Source: Actinomycetes bacterium (GTDB taxonomy: Bacteria > Actinomycetota > Acidimicrobiia > Spongiisociales > ZC4RG35). From it: 64,000 nt of DNA. The stretch covers positions 12,647-76,646 of the forward strand of contig QGUS02000003.1 of NCBI GenBank assembly GCA_003242515.2, written 5' to 3'. A model generated the notes under the pieces. That model had not been told where the DNA came from. It searched no databases and worked only from the letters and a program-made list of their open reading frames with translations. Numbering within the stretch: the first letter of the stretch is position 1; the number at the start of each line of letters is the position of its first letter. The position numbers and the translations under genes are program-made. Shown here one piece after another: positions 33,909 through 46,761 of the stretch.

Positions 33909-35068
33909 CCAGAGGTGAGCGTCCGGCGGAGACGCCAGGTGCCCAGGGCGAACAGTGCCACCGCGAAGAGGAGCAACACCCCGACCTCGGGGAGGATGTC
34001 ACCGATGCCCCCGTCGTGGAGCACCAGCTTGGAGAACCCCTCCAGCGCCCATGCGTGCGGGGTGATCAGCGACGCAGTCTTCAGGCCGGGCGGGAACAGC
34101 TGGCGCGGGAGCATGGAGCCGCCCAGGGCGGCGAGGGTCATCGAGACCATCACCGCGATGCCTCCCGCGGCCTGCTCTGTGGAGAAGACCGACCCGAAGA
34201 CCATGGCGGCGCCGGCGGCAGCCGCGGTGAAGGCCGCCAGCAGCAGGATGGCTGCCACGGGGTCGCCCCAGTCGACACCGAAGACGACCATGCTCACCAC
34301 CATGATGTAGACGCCCTGGAACAGGCCCGTGAGGGCCCGGCCGAGGCTTTCCCCGACGATCACGGTGCGCAGCGGCGTGGGGGTCGCCAGCATCCGGTGG
34401 GTGATGCCGAGCTTGCGCGACAGGATCAGCGCCGCCGACCCCGTGAGGGTGGTGATGAAGGTGAACAGGACCAGTTGTTGCGGGGCACCGAGGTCGAAGC
34501 GGCCCATGTTCTCGGGGAACACCGACTCGCCCAGGTACGACACCTCGACCGCCACGTTCTCGAAGCTCCCGACCGCGCTCCGCGCCACCTCCAGGGCATC
34601 GTCGAAGCCGGCACCCGCACCGGCGGCCGCGTATCGGGCGGCCCCGGCCGGGGCGAGCGCCCTGGCCACGGCCGAAGTCACGAAGGTGCGGAGGTCGCTG
34701 CCGAAGTCGTCGGGCCGGGCGACGAACTCCACCCGCGCCATGCCGCCCGAGGAGATCGTGTCCTCCATTCCGGGGGGTAGGAAGACCCCGGCGTCCACTC
34801 GGCCCCGCTCCACGGCCCGGATCAGCAGGTCACGGTCGTCGAACTCCTCCGCCGCCACGGCGCCGTTCGCCTCGAGCTCGTCCATCACCGCCCCGGCCAG
34901 CGTCCCGGAGTCGGCCCGGAACACGCCGATCCTCGGCGCGGTGCCGCCGCCGAACTGGATCCCGATGAGCAGGATGAGCGCGATCGGGAAGATGAAGACG
35001 AAGAAGATGTTGCTGCGCTCGCGCAGCATCCGTTTCAGGTTGGCCCCGGCGATGACCAGCGCCTTCAT
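33905..35068 (-). CDS. ABC-2 type transporter permease
   Basis: ATG at 35068 overlaps the stop of the upstream permease (ATGA). MKALVIAGANLKRMLRERSNIFFVFIFP, a large extracytoplasmic loop and 5 C-terminal helices. Confidence 0.8.
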   Translation of the reverse strand: MKALVIAGANLKRMLRERSNIFFVFIFPIALILLIGIQFGGGTAPRIGVFRADSGTLAGAVMDELEANGAVAAEEFDDRDLLIRAVERGRVDAGVFLPPGMEDTISSGGMARVEFVARPDDFGSDLRTFVTSAVARALAPAGAARYAAAGAGAGFDDALEVARSAVGSFENVAVEVSYLGESVFPENMGRFDLGAPQQLVLFTFITTLTGSAALILSRKLGITHRMLATPTPLRTVIVGESLGRALTGLFQGVYIMVVSMVVFGVDWGDPVAAILLLAAFTAAAAGAAMVFGSVFSTEQAAGGIAVMVSMTLAALGGSMLPRQLFPPGLKTASLITPHAWALEGFSKLVLHDGGIGDILPEVGVLLLFAVALFALGTWRLRRTLTSG

Positions 35069-36246
35069 CGCTCGAACCTCCGGTTGAGCGACCACCAGCC
35101 GATGGCCCCGAAGACCACGGCGATCCCGAGCAGGACTCCGGCGGATGGAAGGGCATCGGTCCACGGAGCCCCGCCGGCGATCTCGCCGAGGCCCCTGAGG
35201 AACCAGTGATGCGGGGTGAACGAGGAGAGAAGCGCCAGCGCCCCGCCGTTGGTGTCGATCGGGAAGAAGACCCCGCCCAGCATGCCGAAGACCACGGCGA
35301 TGATCGAGCCGAGATTCTCGGCCGCCTCCGGGGTCCGGGCGAGGCCGGCGATGACTCCGATGATCGACGACGCCGCCACGATCGCGGCCAGGGTGACCAC
35401 GGCCACGCCCAGCGGGGGCCCCCACTCGGCGCCCATGAGGAACGTCGAGGCGATGATCAGCGTCGCCATCGCCACGATGCCGAGCATGACGGCGAGTAGG
35501 GCCTTGCCCAGGATCACGGCATGTCTCCGCACCGGGGCCGCGAAGAGGCGCACCAGCGTGCCGTCACGCTCCTCGTCGAGCAACCCCAGCACCGCCGACT
35601 GGACGGTGAAGAATAGGAAGAAGACGGCCATGCCGGCCGTGAGGTAGGTGGTGCCGTCGAGCTGGCGGACCTGGGCGTCCACGTCCACTACCTCCGCGGT
35701 GAACGCCGCGGTCGCCGGGTCACCGAGCCGGCCGATGAGGTCCGGCGTGGGTGGCTGGCCGAGGATCTGCGCCGCGGTGACCACCGCGAGCCGGGCCGCG
35801 TCGACACCGGCCCCGTACTGCCGGGCGATGGCGGCCGCGACCGAGGTCGCCGTCCCCTGGTCGATGTCGCCGATCACCTCGAGGGTCGGCTTCCCCGCGG
35901 CCAGCGCCTCGTCGAACCCGGACGGGACCAGCATGAAGGCGTCGATCTCCTCGTCCTCGACGGCGGCGATGGCGGCGTCACGGTCGTCGTACCGGAACAC
36001 CTCGATGAAGCCCTCGGCCTCGATCTGGTCCAGGACCTCCCCGAGCGCCTGCGAGCTCTGGCTCCGGTCGAGGTCGACGATCCCATACTGGAGGTCGAGG
36101 CCGCCGGGGACGAGGAAGCCGCCGAAGATCAGGTTGAAGATGAACGCCAGGCCCAGCGGGGCGATGATCCCGACGATGAGGAACGACCTGTCCCGCAGCC
36201 TCAGTCTCAGGTCCTTGGCGGCGATGAGACGGGCGGCTGCGAACAT
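35065..36246 (-). CDS. ABC-2 type transporter permease
   Basis: Paralogous architecture to 33905..35068. 393 aa. Confidence 0.8.
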   Translation of the reverse strand: MFAAARLIAAKDLRLRLRDRSFLIVGIIAPLGLAFIFNLIFGGFLVPGGLDLQYGIVDLDRSQSSQALGEVLDQIEAEGFIEVFRYDDRDAAIAAVEDEEIDAFMLVPSGFDEALAAGKPTLEVIGDIDQGTATSVAAAIARQYGAGVDAARLAVVTAAQILGQPPTPDLIGRLGDPATAAFTAEVVDVDAQVRQLDGTTYLTAGMAVFFLFFTVQSAVLGLLDEERDGTLVRLFAAPVRRHAVILGKALLAVMLGIVAMATLIIASTFLMGAEWGPPLGVAVVTLAAIVAASSIIGVIAGLARTPEAAENLGSIIAVVFGMLGGVFFPIDTNGGALALLSSFTPHHWFLRGLGEIAGGAPWTDALPSAGVLLGIAVVFGAIGWWSLNRRFER

Positions 36247-36247
36247 C

Positions 36248-37186
36248 TCAGTCCCGTAGGGCTTTGCCCGTCAGGTGGAGGAACACCGCCTCGAGGTTCG
36301 GCTCCTCCACCTCCACGCCGCTCACATGCCCGCCCGCCTCGCCGATGCGGGCGAGGAGGGCCGGGAGGAGGGACGAGGCCTCGGCGGCCATCACGTCGAG
36401 CCGGTGCTCCGACGGATACACGTCCGCCACTCCCGTGAGCCCGCGCACCGCCTCCGCGGCCTGCTCCACGTCCCCGGTGACCACGATGCGGTCCTTCTCC
36501 CCCACCATGGAGACCAGCTCGCGGCGGGTGCCCTCGGCCTTGATCTTCCCCTCGTCGATGATCCCGACGCGGTCGCAGAGGCGCTCCGCCTCCTCCATGT
36601 AGTGGGTCGTGTAGAGCACGGCGAGGCCTTCGGCGGAGAGGTCCTCGACGGCGGTGAGGATGGCGTTGCGGGACTGGGGGTCGACGCCGACGGTGGGCTC
36701 GTCGAGGATGAGCAGGGTCGGCTCGTGGAGCAGCCCGATGCCGATGTTGAGGCGGCGCTTCATGCCGCCGGAGAACTCCTTGGTGAGGTCGTCGGCGCGG
36801 TCGGCGAGCCCGATCAGCTCCAGGACCTGGTCCACCCGCTTCTTGAGGTGGTCCCCGGACATCCCGTACATGCGGCCGAAGAAGACGAGGTTCTCCCGGC
36901 AGGTCAGGTCGGGGTAGATCGCCAGGTCCTGGGGGACGAGGCCGATGTGCTCCCGCCCCTTCGTGGACCGCACGGAGATCGGCTGGCCGGCGACCACGAT
37001 CTGGCCGGCGTCCGGAGCGAGCAGCCCGGAGATCATCGAGATGGTCGTGGTCTTCCCGGCGCCGTTGGGGCCGAGCAGGCCGTAGGTCTCGCCTGCGGAG
37101 ATGTCGAACCCGACCCCGTCGACAGCCACCAGGTCGCCGAACCGCTTCTCGAGACCGCTGACGGAGAGGACTTCACTCATCTGCAC
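36248..37186 (-). CDS. ABC transporter ATP-binding protein
   Basis: GPNGAGKTT (Walker A), FSGGMKRRL (signature), LLILDEPT (Walker B). Confidence 0.92.
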   Translation of the reverse strand: MQMSEVLSVSGLEKRFGDLVAVDGVGFDISAGETYGLLGPNGAGKTTTISMISGLLAPDAGQIVVAGQPISVRSTKGREHIGLVPQDLAIYPDLTCRENLVFFGRMYGMSGDHLKKRVDQVLELIGLADRADDLTKEFSGGMKRRLNIGIGLLHEPTLLILDEPTVGVDPQSRNAILTAVEDLSAEGLAVLYTTHYMEEAERLCDRVGIIDEGKIKAEGTRRELVSMVGEKDRIVVTGDVEQAAEAVRGLTGVADVYPSEHRLDVMAAEASSLLPALLARIGEAGGHVSGVEVEEPNLEAVFLHLTGKALRD

Positions 37187-37236
37187 ACCTCACGGAATTG
37201 CGAGGATACGCGGAAGGGCCGCCATACTCTCGGCCG

Positions 37237-38133
37237 ATGGGCCGCTTCTTCGAGCTCGCCGACGGCACCCGCATCCACCGGGTGGACCACGGTGGCGACG
37301 GCGCGCCCATCCTGCTGGTCCACGGAATGGGCGGCTCGTCCGCCGACTGGACGGCCGTGGCGGGGCCACTCAGCGGCGTCGGGAACGTGGTGGCGATGGA
37401 CCTCCCCCGGTTCGGGGTCTCGCCGCCCACCCGGGCCAGGGGACTCGAGGGCATGACCCGTGCCGTGGAGGCCGTGCTGGCCGATCTCGTCAGCGGGACC
37501 GGCCGCCGGGCGGTCCTGGTCGGCAACTCCATGGGCGGGCTCATCTCCACCTTCGTCGCCGCCCGCCATCCCGATCTGGTCGCCGGGATGATCCTCGTGG
37601 CCCCGGCGTACCCGCCACGGCCCGGGGACTTCCCCCGCCTCCACCGTGCCACGGCGCTGCGCCTCGCCCTGCAGGCGGCGCCGGGGACCGGCGAGCTGGT
37701 CGACGCCTGGCTCCACCGCCTCGAGCCCCGCGAGCGGGTGATGAAGACTCTGCAGTTGGTGGCGCACCGGACCGACCGCATCCCGGCCGCGGCGGTCGAG
37801 GCCCTGGTGGCGGTCGCCGAGCAGCGCCAGGCATTGCCCTGGGCCCGTGGTGCGGTGCCTGCGGCGGCCCGGTCGATCACGGCGGTGTGGGCGAAGCCGT
37901 CCAGGATGATCGCCGGGGTGCGTCAGGTCACCTGCCCGACCCTGGTGGTCCAGGGCGAGGCGGACAACCTGGTCCCACCCGCGGCAGTGGCCCGGATCGC
38001 CGGGCTCCGCTCCGACTGGGAGCTCGCGGTGATGGAGGACACCGGCCACGTGCCGCAGCTGGACGCACACGACCGCTTCCTCGACCTGGTCACCCCCTGG
38101 ATCCGGGGGCTCGCCTCCCCCGCCGTTCCCTGA
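37237..38133 (+). CDS. Alpha/beta hydrolase
   Basis: ATG at 37237. ILLVHGMGGSS and the GNSMGG nucleophile elbow. C-terminal DTGHVPQLD. Confidence 0.8.
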   Translation: MGRFFELADGTRIHRVDHGGDGAPILLVHGMGGSSADWTAVAGPLSGVGNVVAMDLPRFGVSPPTRARGLEGMTRAVEAVLADLVSGTGRRAVLVGNSMGGLISTFVAARHPDLVAGMILVAPAYPPRPGDFPRLHRATALRLALQAAPGTGELVDAWLHRLEPRERVMKTLQLVAHRTDRIPAAAVEALVAVAEQRQALPWARGAVPAAARSITAVWAKPSRMIAGVRQVTCPTLVVQGEADNLVPPAAVARIAGLRSDWELAVMEDTGHVPQLDAHDRFLDLVTPWIRGLASPAVP

Positions 38134-38160
38134 GCGCGCCCCGCTTAGTAGCCTGGCCTC

Positions 38161-40874
<2,714 letters not shown>

Positions 40875-40875
<1 letters not shown>

Positions 40876-42014
40876 TGAACCGGCTCGACCTCATCCGGCT
40901 CGCGCAGGACGTCGAGGAGGTCGAGCCCGGCCGGTTCGACCCGGACTCCGTGGTCCTAGTCGACGTCCGCGAGCCCGTGGAGACCGCGTCCGGGGTCATC
41001 CCCGGGGCGATCGTGATCCCGCTGGGCCAGCTTCCGGATCGGATCGGCGACCACCTCGCACCCGACGGACGCACTGTGGTCGTCTACTGCGCCCACGGTC
41101 ATCGGTCGGTCTTCGGCGCCGCCATCCTCAACCATCTCGGGTACCGGGCGGTGTCGCTGCGCGGCGGGGTCGAGGCGTGGCTCGACCGCGGGCTCCCCTG
41201 GGCGGGCCCGGGGACCCTCACCGGAGAGCAGCTGCAGCGGTACTCCCGCCACATCCGCCTCCCCGAGGTCGGGGAGAAGGGCCAGCAGCGCCTGCTGGAG
41301 TCGCGGGTATTGCTCGTGGGCGCCGGCGGCCTCGGCTCGCCGGCCGCCCTGTACCTGGCCGCCGCCGGCGTGGGCACGCTCGGCATCGTCGACGACGACC
41401 GGGTCGACGCATCCAACCTGCAGCGCCAGGTCCTCCACTCCCTCGACCGCATCGGCATGCCCAAGGTGGAGTCGGCCAGGGAGACGATCTCGTCGCTCAA
41501 CCCCGACGTCACCGTGGAGACTCACCAGGTGCGCCTCGACTCCTCCAACGTCCTCGACCTGATGAGCCGATACGACCTGGTGGTCGACGGGGGTGACAAC
41601 TTCCCCACCCGGTACCTGGTGAACGACGCCAGCCTGCACCTGGGGGTCCCGGTGGTCCATGGCTCGATATTCCGGTTCGAGGGGCAGGTCACGGTCTTCG
41701 ACCCGTACAACGGGCCCTGTTACCGCTGCGTCCACCGTCTCCCCCCGCCGCCGGGAGTAGCCCCCTCCTGCGAGGTCGCCGGCGTCTTCGGCGTCCTCCC
41801 GGGTGTGGTCGGGTCCATCCAGGCGACCGAGGCGATCAAGCTCCTCCTCGGCATCGGCTCCAGCCTGGTCGGGCGGTTGCTGGTCTACGACGCGCTCGAG
41901 CAGGAGTTCGCCACACTCCACATCAGCCGCGACCCGGAGTGCCCGGCGTGCCGGGACCGGGAGGACCCGCCGCGGCTGGTCGACTACGACGACACCTGCC
42001 GGCCCGTTGCCTGA
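40875..42014 (+). CDS. Rhodanese-fused MoeB/ThiF-type E1-like adenylyltransferase
   Basis: ATG overlaps the aceE stop (TGATG). N-terminal rhodanese loop VYCAHGHRS. E1 core GAGGLGSPAALYLAAAG. Zn motifs CYRC and CPAC. Active-site region PSCEVAGV. Confidence 0.85.
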
Positions 42015-42405
42015 GACCCTCCGTCTGCCGCCGGAAGCCAGGGAGGCGATCCTGGAGCACTGTCTGGCAGCCGCGCCCGACGAGGCGTGCGGACTTCTCG
42101 GGGTGGCCGGCGGGGCGGTGCGTGCCGTCTACCCGGCGGGGAACGACTCGCCCGAGCCGGAGCGTTCGTTCGTGGTGAGGCCAGGAGACCACTACCGGGC
42201 CCTGGTGCACGCCGAGGCCCGAGGTTGGGAGGTGGGCGGGTGCTACCACTCCCATCCGGGAGGCAGGGCCGAGCCGTCGGGCGCCGACGTCGCCGGCGCC
42301 CTCGACCCGAACTGGTTCTACCTGGTGGTCGGCCTGGGACCGGACCCGATGATCCGGGCGTGGCGGATCCGCCACGGCACGGTCACCGAGGTGGAGCTGG
42401 GCTAG
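42007..42405 (+). CDS. JAMM/MPN+ metalloprotease (Mec+/Mov34 family)
   Basis: EACGLL and HSHPGGRAEPSGAD (HxHx7Sx2D). The proposed TTG at 42007 overlaps the end of the E1-like gene; the start is uncertain. Confidence 0.8.
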   Translation: MPETLRLPPEAREAILEHCLAAAPDEACGLLGVAGGAVRAVYPAGNDSPEPERSFVVRPGDHYRALVHAEARGWEVGGCYHSHPGGRAEPSGADVAGALDPNWFYLVVGLGPDPMIRAWRIRHGTVTEVELG

Positions 42406-42785
42406 CCCTCGACGATCAGCTTGCCGGCCATGCCGGCACCCTGGGCGTTGCCGTGGAAGGTGCAGAAGAAGACGTACTCGCCCGGGGTGTCGAAGGTCAG
42501 CGTGGCCTCGTCGCCCTCGTACTGCTCCAGGCTGCCGAACACGTCCTCGGTGGACCAGGAGCCGTCGGCGGCGACCGCGTTGTGCGGGATCGTCTTCGAG
42601 GTCCCGACGAAGGTCACCGAGCCCCCGACCGGGATCCGGATCTCGTCGTACTCGAAGGTCGTGTCGAGCATCTTCACGGTGACGTGCTCGCCGGAGACCG
42701 GCCTGGTCTCGCCGCTGCCGCCGCCGCAGGCGACGAGCGCGAGCGCGAGCAAGAAGGGCAGGATTCGCTTGTACAAGATTCTCAC
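42402..42785 (-). CDS. Cupredoxin (plastocyanin/pseudoazurin-like blue copper) lipoprotein
   Basis: Lipobox LALVAC. Copper ligand pattern H(NAV)...FFCTFH...AGM. Confidence 0.75.
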   Translation of the reverse strand: MRILYKRILPFLLALALVACGGGSGETRPVSGEHVTVKMLDTTFEYDEIRIPVGGSVTFVGTSKTIPHNAVAADGSWSTEDVFGSLEQYEGDEATLTFDTPGEYVFFCTFHGNAQGAGMAGKLIVEG

Positions 42786-43333
42786 CTCTTACCGAAGAGG
42801 GCCTTGATGCGGGCCCAAAGGGCGGAGAAGAACAGCCGGAGGCCACGCACCTCGGGGGCCGACACCTGGGCCGCCTCCTCCGGGGTCGATGCGGAGAGCG
42901 AGGCCTCGAGGCAGGTGACGAACTCGGCGATGAGCCGCCGCGACATCTCGTTGATGAGGCCGGTGCGGCCGAACTGGGCAGCCGGGCCGGAGAGGGTCAC
43001 ATCGGCATCGACCGTGACCTTCGTCCCCCCGTCGGCTGGCTCGAGCCTGTAGTCGACGGTGACCTGGCCGCGGGAACCGCCCTTGCGGTCGACGCCGCGG
43101 CCCTCGATGCGGGCCGACCGGTTCGCCTCGTCCGGCGTCACCACCGCGGTCCCCTCGAACGACGCCGTCATCGGGCCCAGCTTCGCGGCGAGCTTGCCCT
43201 CCCAGGCACCCTCGTCGTTCTGGCCGGTCAGCTCGGCACCGGGGAGGCAGCGAGCCACGGCAGGGATGTCCTGGAAGTAGGTCCAGACGGTGTCCGGGTC
43301 ACGGGCGACGACGAACTCCTGGCTGATCTTCAT
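42782..43333 (-). CDS. SRPBCC family protein, CoxG-like
   Basis: MKISQEFVVARDPDTVWTYFQDIPAVARCLPGAEL... is typical of the CoxG/carbon monoxide dehydrogenase subunit G family. Confidence 0.75.
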   Translation of the reverse strand: MKISQEFVVARDPDTVWTYFQDIPAVARCLPGAELTGQNDEGAWEGKLAAKLGPMTASFEGTAVVTPDEANRSARIEGRGVDRKGGSRGQVTVDYRLEPADGGTKVTVDADVTLSGPAAQFGRTGLINEMSRRLIAEFVTCLEASLSASTPEEAAQVSAPEVRGLRLFFSALWARIKALFGKR

Positions 43334-43348
43334 GATTGCCCTGCGAGC

Positions 43349-43852
43349 CTAGTAACCATGCGGCTGCTGTTCATGGTGCCCCGTGCGCCCCTCCATCAGG
43401 TCCATGACGTGCGGCAGCAACCCGGCGATGGCCTCGAAGCTCTCCGTCGCGCCCTTCGGCGAGCCGGGCAGGTTCACCACCAGGGCACTCCCCACCGTGC
43501 CCGCCCGGGCCCGGCTGAGGGCGGCCATCGGGGTCGACTCCAGCCCCCGGGCCAGCATGACATGGACCAGGCCCGGTGCCTCCCGCTCCAGGACCGATGC
43601 GGTCGCCTCGGGGGTGACGTCACGCGGGCCGAAGCCGGTCCCGCCCGTGGTGAGCACCAGGAGCGAGTCGGCGGCGGCCCCGGCGATGGCGGCGGCGATG
43701 CGGTCCGCCTCGTCGGGGACGACGACCCGGTGCACCTCCTCCCAGCCCGTCTGCCGGAGCAGGTCCTCCAGGGCCGCACCGGAGAGGTCCTCGCGCACGC
43801 CCGCGGAGACGCCGTCGGAGACGGTGATGACGGTGGCCCGTCTCATCCCCAC
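43349..43852 (-). CDS. mogA: Molybdenum cofactor biosynthesis protein MogA/MoaB
   Basis: [11 protein letters not shown]...[19 protein letters not shown] motif. Confidence 0.85.
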   Translation of the reverse strand: MGMRRATVITVSDGVSAGVREDLSGAALEDLLRQTGWEEVHRVVVPDEADRIAAAIAGAAADSLLVLTTGGTGFGPRDVTPEATASVLEREAPGLVHVMLARGLESTPMAALSRARAGTVGSALVVNLPGSPKGATESFEAIAGLLPHVMDLMEGRTGHHEQQPHGY

Positions 43853-44694
43853 ATGCGCGGGTCGACGTCGACCCCGCCCCGCAGCACGAGGATGTGGAAC
43901 GACAGGGCCACGGCCATGAAGCCGGCGAACCCGACCGGCCAGGGCGTGTGCACCTCGTCCTCGGGGCCCGTCACCGTGGTCGTCCCCGGGGCCGCGGCGA
44001 GCGTGACGAAGAACATCAGGGCCGCCAGCGGCAGGGTCGGGATCACGTTCGACTGCTCGTCGGGCAGGAAGTACGGGATCGACAGGAACACCGACGCCAC
44101 CGCCGGCACCAGGGCGATCCAGAAGCAGAGGCGCAGCCTCCGCCGGGCGTCGTAGACGAACCTGCGGTGCGGCGTGAACGCCAGGAACGCCGCCGCCGAC
44201 GAGAGGGCCACGAGCAGCAGGCCGATGGCGCCGCCCGCGGCGATCACCATGTCCAGCCCGGCTGGCGGGTTCAGCTCGGCGTAGGCGCGGGCCAGTGGCG
44301 CCGCGTCGTCGAACGGGAGCAGCATCGCCTGGGTGAGCGCCTGACGCAGCAGGTGGAGCAGCACCCAGAGGAACACCAGACGGGGGATCCCGTACCCGCG
44401 CAGCGTCGGGTAGGCGAAGAGGAGCAGGACGCCGAGGATCAAACAGAACAGGAACCCGCCTGCCCAGGCGAGGTCCCCCGCTCCCGTGAACTCGACGCGG
44501 TTGGAGAAGACCCTCGCGTCCCCACCCATCATCTCGGCGAGCAGGCCCACACCCAGGTGGCCGGCCAGATGGGACAGCACGATCCCGAAGGTTGATCCGA
44601 GCATCGACGCCACCACCAGGCCGGTGCCGACGCGGCTCGCCTGGCGTGGAGCCGCCTCAGTTGCTGTGGAAACGTCACCGGTCACGCCCGACAA
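43843..44694 (-). CDS. Integral membrane protein of unknown function
   Basis: 283 aa with 7 or more hydrophobic helices. Overlaps the mogA start by 10 nt. Confidence 0.55.
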   Translation of the reverse strand: MSGVTGDVSTATEAAPRQASRVGTGLVVASMLGSTFGIVLSHLAGHLGVGLLAEMMGGDARVFSNRVEFTGAGDLAWAGGFLFCLILGVLLLFAYPTLRGYGIPRLVFLWVLLHLLRQALTQAMLLPFDDAAPLARAYAELNPPAGLDMVIAAGGAIGLLLVALSSAAAFLAFTPHRRFVYDARRRLRLCFWIALVPAVASVFLSIPYFLPDEQSNVIPTLPLAALMFFVTLAAAPGTTTVTGPEDEVHTPWPVGFAGFMAVALSFHILVLRGGVDVDPRMWG

Positions 44695-44741
44695 TGCTAA
44701 ACAGCGGCGGCTGACCGGACCGGCCCCACTACCGTCCGATC

Positions 44742-45542
44742 ATGACCCCAGAGGCCGTCTACCTCCCCACCGACGACCCCAACGTCTACGAGTCCACCGA
44801 ACTGGCCAACGCCGGCTGGTACGACCAGGGACAGCACGGGGGCGCCGTCGCCGCACTCGTCACCGGCCACGTCGAGGCCACCGTCCCGACCCTCACCCCC
44901 ATGGAGGTGGCGCGGGTCTCGCTCGAGCTGTTCCGGGTCGTCCCCCTGGTGCCGCTGCGGATCGAGACCCGGATCATCCGGGAGGGGAAGCGTATCCAGA
45001 CCGTCGAGGCGCAGCTGATCGACCCCGAGGGGACCGTCCTCACCCATGCGCTCGTGCAGAGGCTCAGGGTGGCCGACCGGCCCATCCCGCCGGAGGCGCA
45101 GACCCCGGCCGCGCCGCTCCCGGCCCCCGAGGGCTGCCCGCCCATGTCCTTTGAGAACCGCCCGTCCAAGGTGATGTTCCACAGTGACGCCATGGAGTTC
45201 CGGGCGGTCGAGGGGAGCCTGAACGAGCCGGGGCCTGCAACCGTGTGGATGCGCCTCACGGTGCCCGTGATCGCCGGCCGCCCGGTCACCCCGGCGCAGC
45301 GGGCGGCACTGGCGGGCGACTTCACCAACGGGATATCGGCGAGCCTCGACCTGGCCGAGTGGGTCTACATGAACAGCGACCTGACGGTCACCATCGGCCG
45401 CCTGCCGGAGGGTGAGTGGGTCGCCGTGTCCGGCGAGTCCACCTACCACGACCTCGGACGCGGGTTCACGCATGCCCGTCTCTGGGACCGGGCAGGACGC
45501 ATCGGCCAGGCCAGCCAGACCCTCTTCCTGGACCGGACATGA
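44742..45542 (+). CDS. Thioesterase-like (double hotdog, acyl-CoA thioesterase family) protein
   Basis: 266 aa. GWYDQGQHGGAVAALV and overall similarity to TesB-like / thioesterase-superfamily proteins. The assignment is by recall, not a search. Confidence 0.6.
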   Translation: MTPEAVYLPTDDPNVYESTELANAGWYDQGQHGGAVAALVTGHVEATVPTLTPMEVARVSLELFRVVPLVPLRIETRIIREGKRIQTVEAQLIDPEGTVLTHALVQRLRVADRPIPPEAQTPAAPLPAPEGCPPMSFENRPSKVMFHSDAMEFRAVEGSLNEPGPATVWMRLTVPVIAGRPVTPAQRAALAGDFTNGISASLDLAEWVYMNSDLTVTIGRLPEGEWVAVSGESTYHDLGRGFTHARLWDRAGRIGQASQTLFLDRT

Positions 45543-46189
45543 GCGGCTACGAGGTCACGTCGCGCAACAAGGTGAGGCGGCTGGAGGGCCGGGCCCACTA
45601 CGACCGGGAGACGGTCCATGCCGTCCTGGACGCCGCACTCGTCTGCCATGTCGGGATCGTCCGGGAGGAGGGCCCGCTGGTGGTGCCGACCATCTTCGGC
45701 CGGATCGACGACACGGTCTACTTCCACGGCTCGGTGGCGTCGGGGAACCTCCGGGCGATGCGGGCGGGTACCGAGGTCTGCGTGGCGGCGACCGTCGTCG
45801 ACGGCATCGTCCTGGCCCGGTCGCTCTTCAACAGCTCGATGAACTACCAGTCGGTGGTCGCCTTCGGACGGTCGCGCCAGGTGAGCGACCCCGGGGAGCG
45901 TGAGGCCGCGTTGAAGGCCATCTCGGACCACGTCCTGCCGGGCCGGTGGGAGGACGCCCGGCGGCCCGACCACACCGAGGACCTCCAGACGGCGGTGGTG
46001 GCCGTCGACATCGAGCAGGCGTCGGCGAAGGTGCGTGACTGGGGCGTCGGGGATGAGCCCGAGGAGGACCTCGAGCTGGACGTCTGGGCCGGGGTCCTCC
46101 CGCTCCGCATGGTCACGGGCGAGCCGCAGCCTGACCCGAAGCTGAGGCCGGGGATCGAAGTGCCCGGCTACGTACGGGACCGGGAGTAG
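45539..46189 (+). CDS. Pyridoxamine 5'-phosphate oxidase family (flavin-binding split barrel) protein
   Basis: ATG overlaps the upstream stop (ATGA). RNKVRRLEGRAHYDRETVHAVLD...PTIFGRIDDTVYFHGS is typical of the Pyridox_ox_2 family. Confidence 0.7.
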   Translation: MSGYEVTSRNKVRRLEGRAHYDRETVHAVLDAALVCHVGIVREEGPLVVPTIFGRIDDTVYFHGSVASGNLRAMRAGTEVCVAATVVDGIVLARSLFNSSMNYQSVVAFGRSRQVSDPGEREAALKAISDHVLPGRWEDARRPDHTEDLQTAVVAVDIEQASAKVRDWGVGDEPEEDLELDVWAGVLPLRMVTGEPQPDPKLRPGIEVPGYVRDRE

Positions 46190-46758
46190 CGGGGCTCGAT
46201 CCCCGCCGCCTCCGCCAGGGTCCGCACCCAGTCGGCCATCGAGTCGATCGTGACGTGGGCATTGAGCCCGCTGGGGTTGGGGCCGACCCACAGCTCCGCC
46301 CCGGCGAGGTCCTCGGGCTGGCGACCCATCACCGCCCCGGGGCGATCGAACGCGGTGCGATAGGCCGTGACGCCGAGGATGGCAACCACCTTCGGGCCGA
46401 TGGAGGCGACCCGATCGGTGAGCCGGGTCGCTCCCGCCCTCAGGTCGTCGGCGGAGAGCTCGTCGGCGCGGGCCGTGGCGTGCTCGACGATGTTGGTGAT
46501 GCCGATGCCCGCCGCCACGAGGTCGGCCCGCTGGGCGTCGGTGAGCCCGGTGGACGCGTCCAGGTCCCAGTCGACGATGCCGGCTCGACGCAGCGCCGGG
46601 TAGAAGCGGTTGGACGGGTGGCAGAAGTGGGTCTGACGCGCCGCGGTCATCAGCCCGGGGTTGATCCCGACGAAGAGGAGACGCGTGCCGTCACCGACCA
46701 GGTCGGGCACGGTGCGACCGCGATGGGCCTCCAGCTCCTCCCGGGTCAGCCGGGCCAC
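46168..46758 (-). CDS. mug: G/U mismatch-specific DNA glycosylase (Mug/TDG family)
   Basis: LLFVGINPGL...HPSNRFY motifs. Confidence 0.8.
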   Translation of the reverse strand: MARLTREELEAHRGRTVPDLVGDGTRLLFVGINPGLMTAARQTHFCHPSNRFYPALRRAGIVDWDLDASTGLTDAQRADLVAAGIGITNIVEHATARADELSADDLRAGATRLTDRVASIGPKVVAILGVTAYRTAFDRPGAVMGRQPEDLAGAELWVGPNPSGLNAHVTIDSMADWVRTLAEAAGIEPRYSRSRT

Positions 46759-46761
46759 CGG

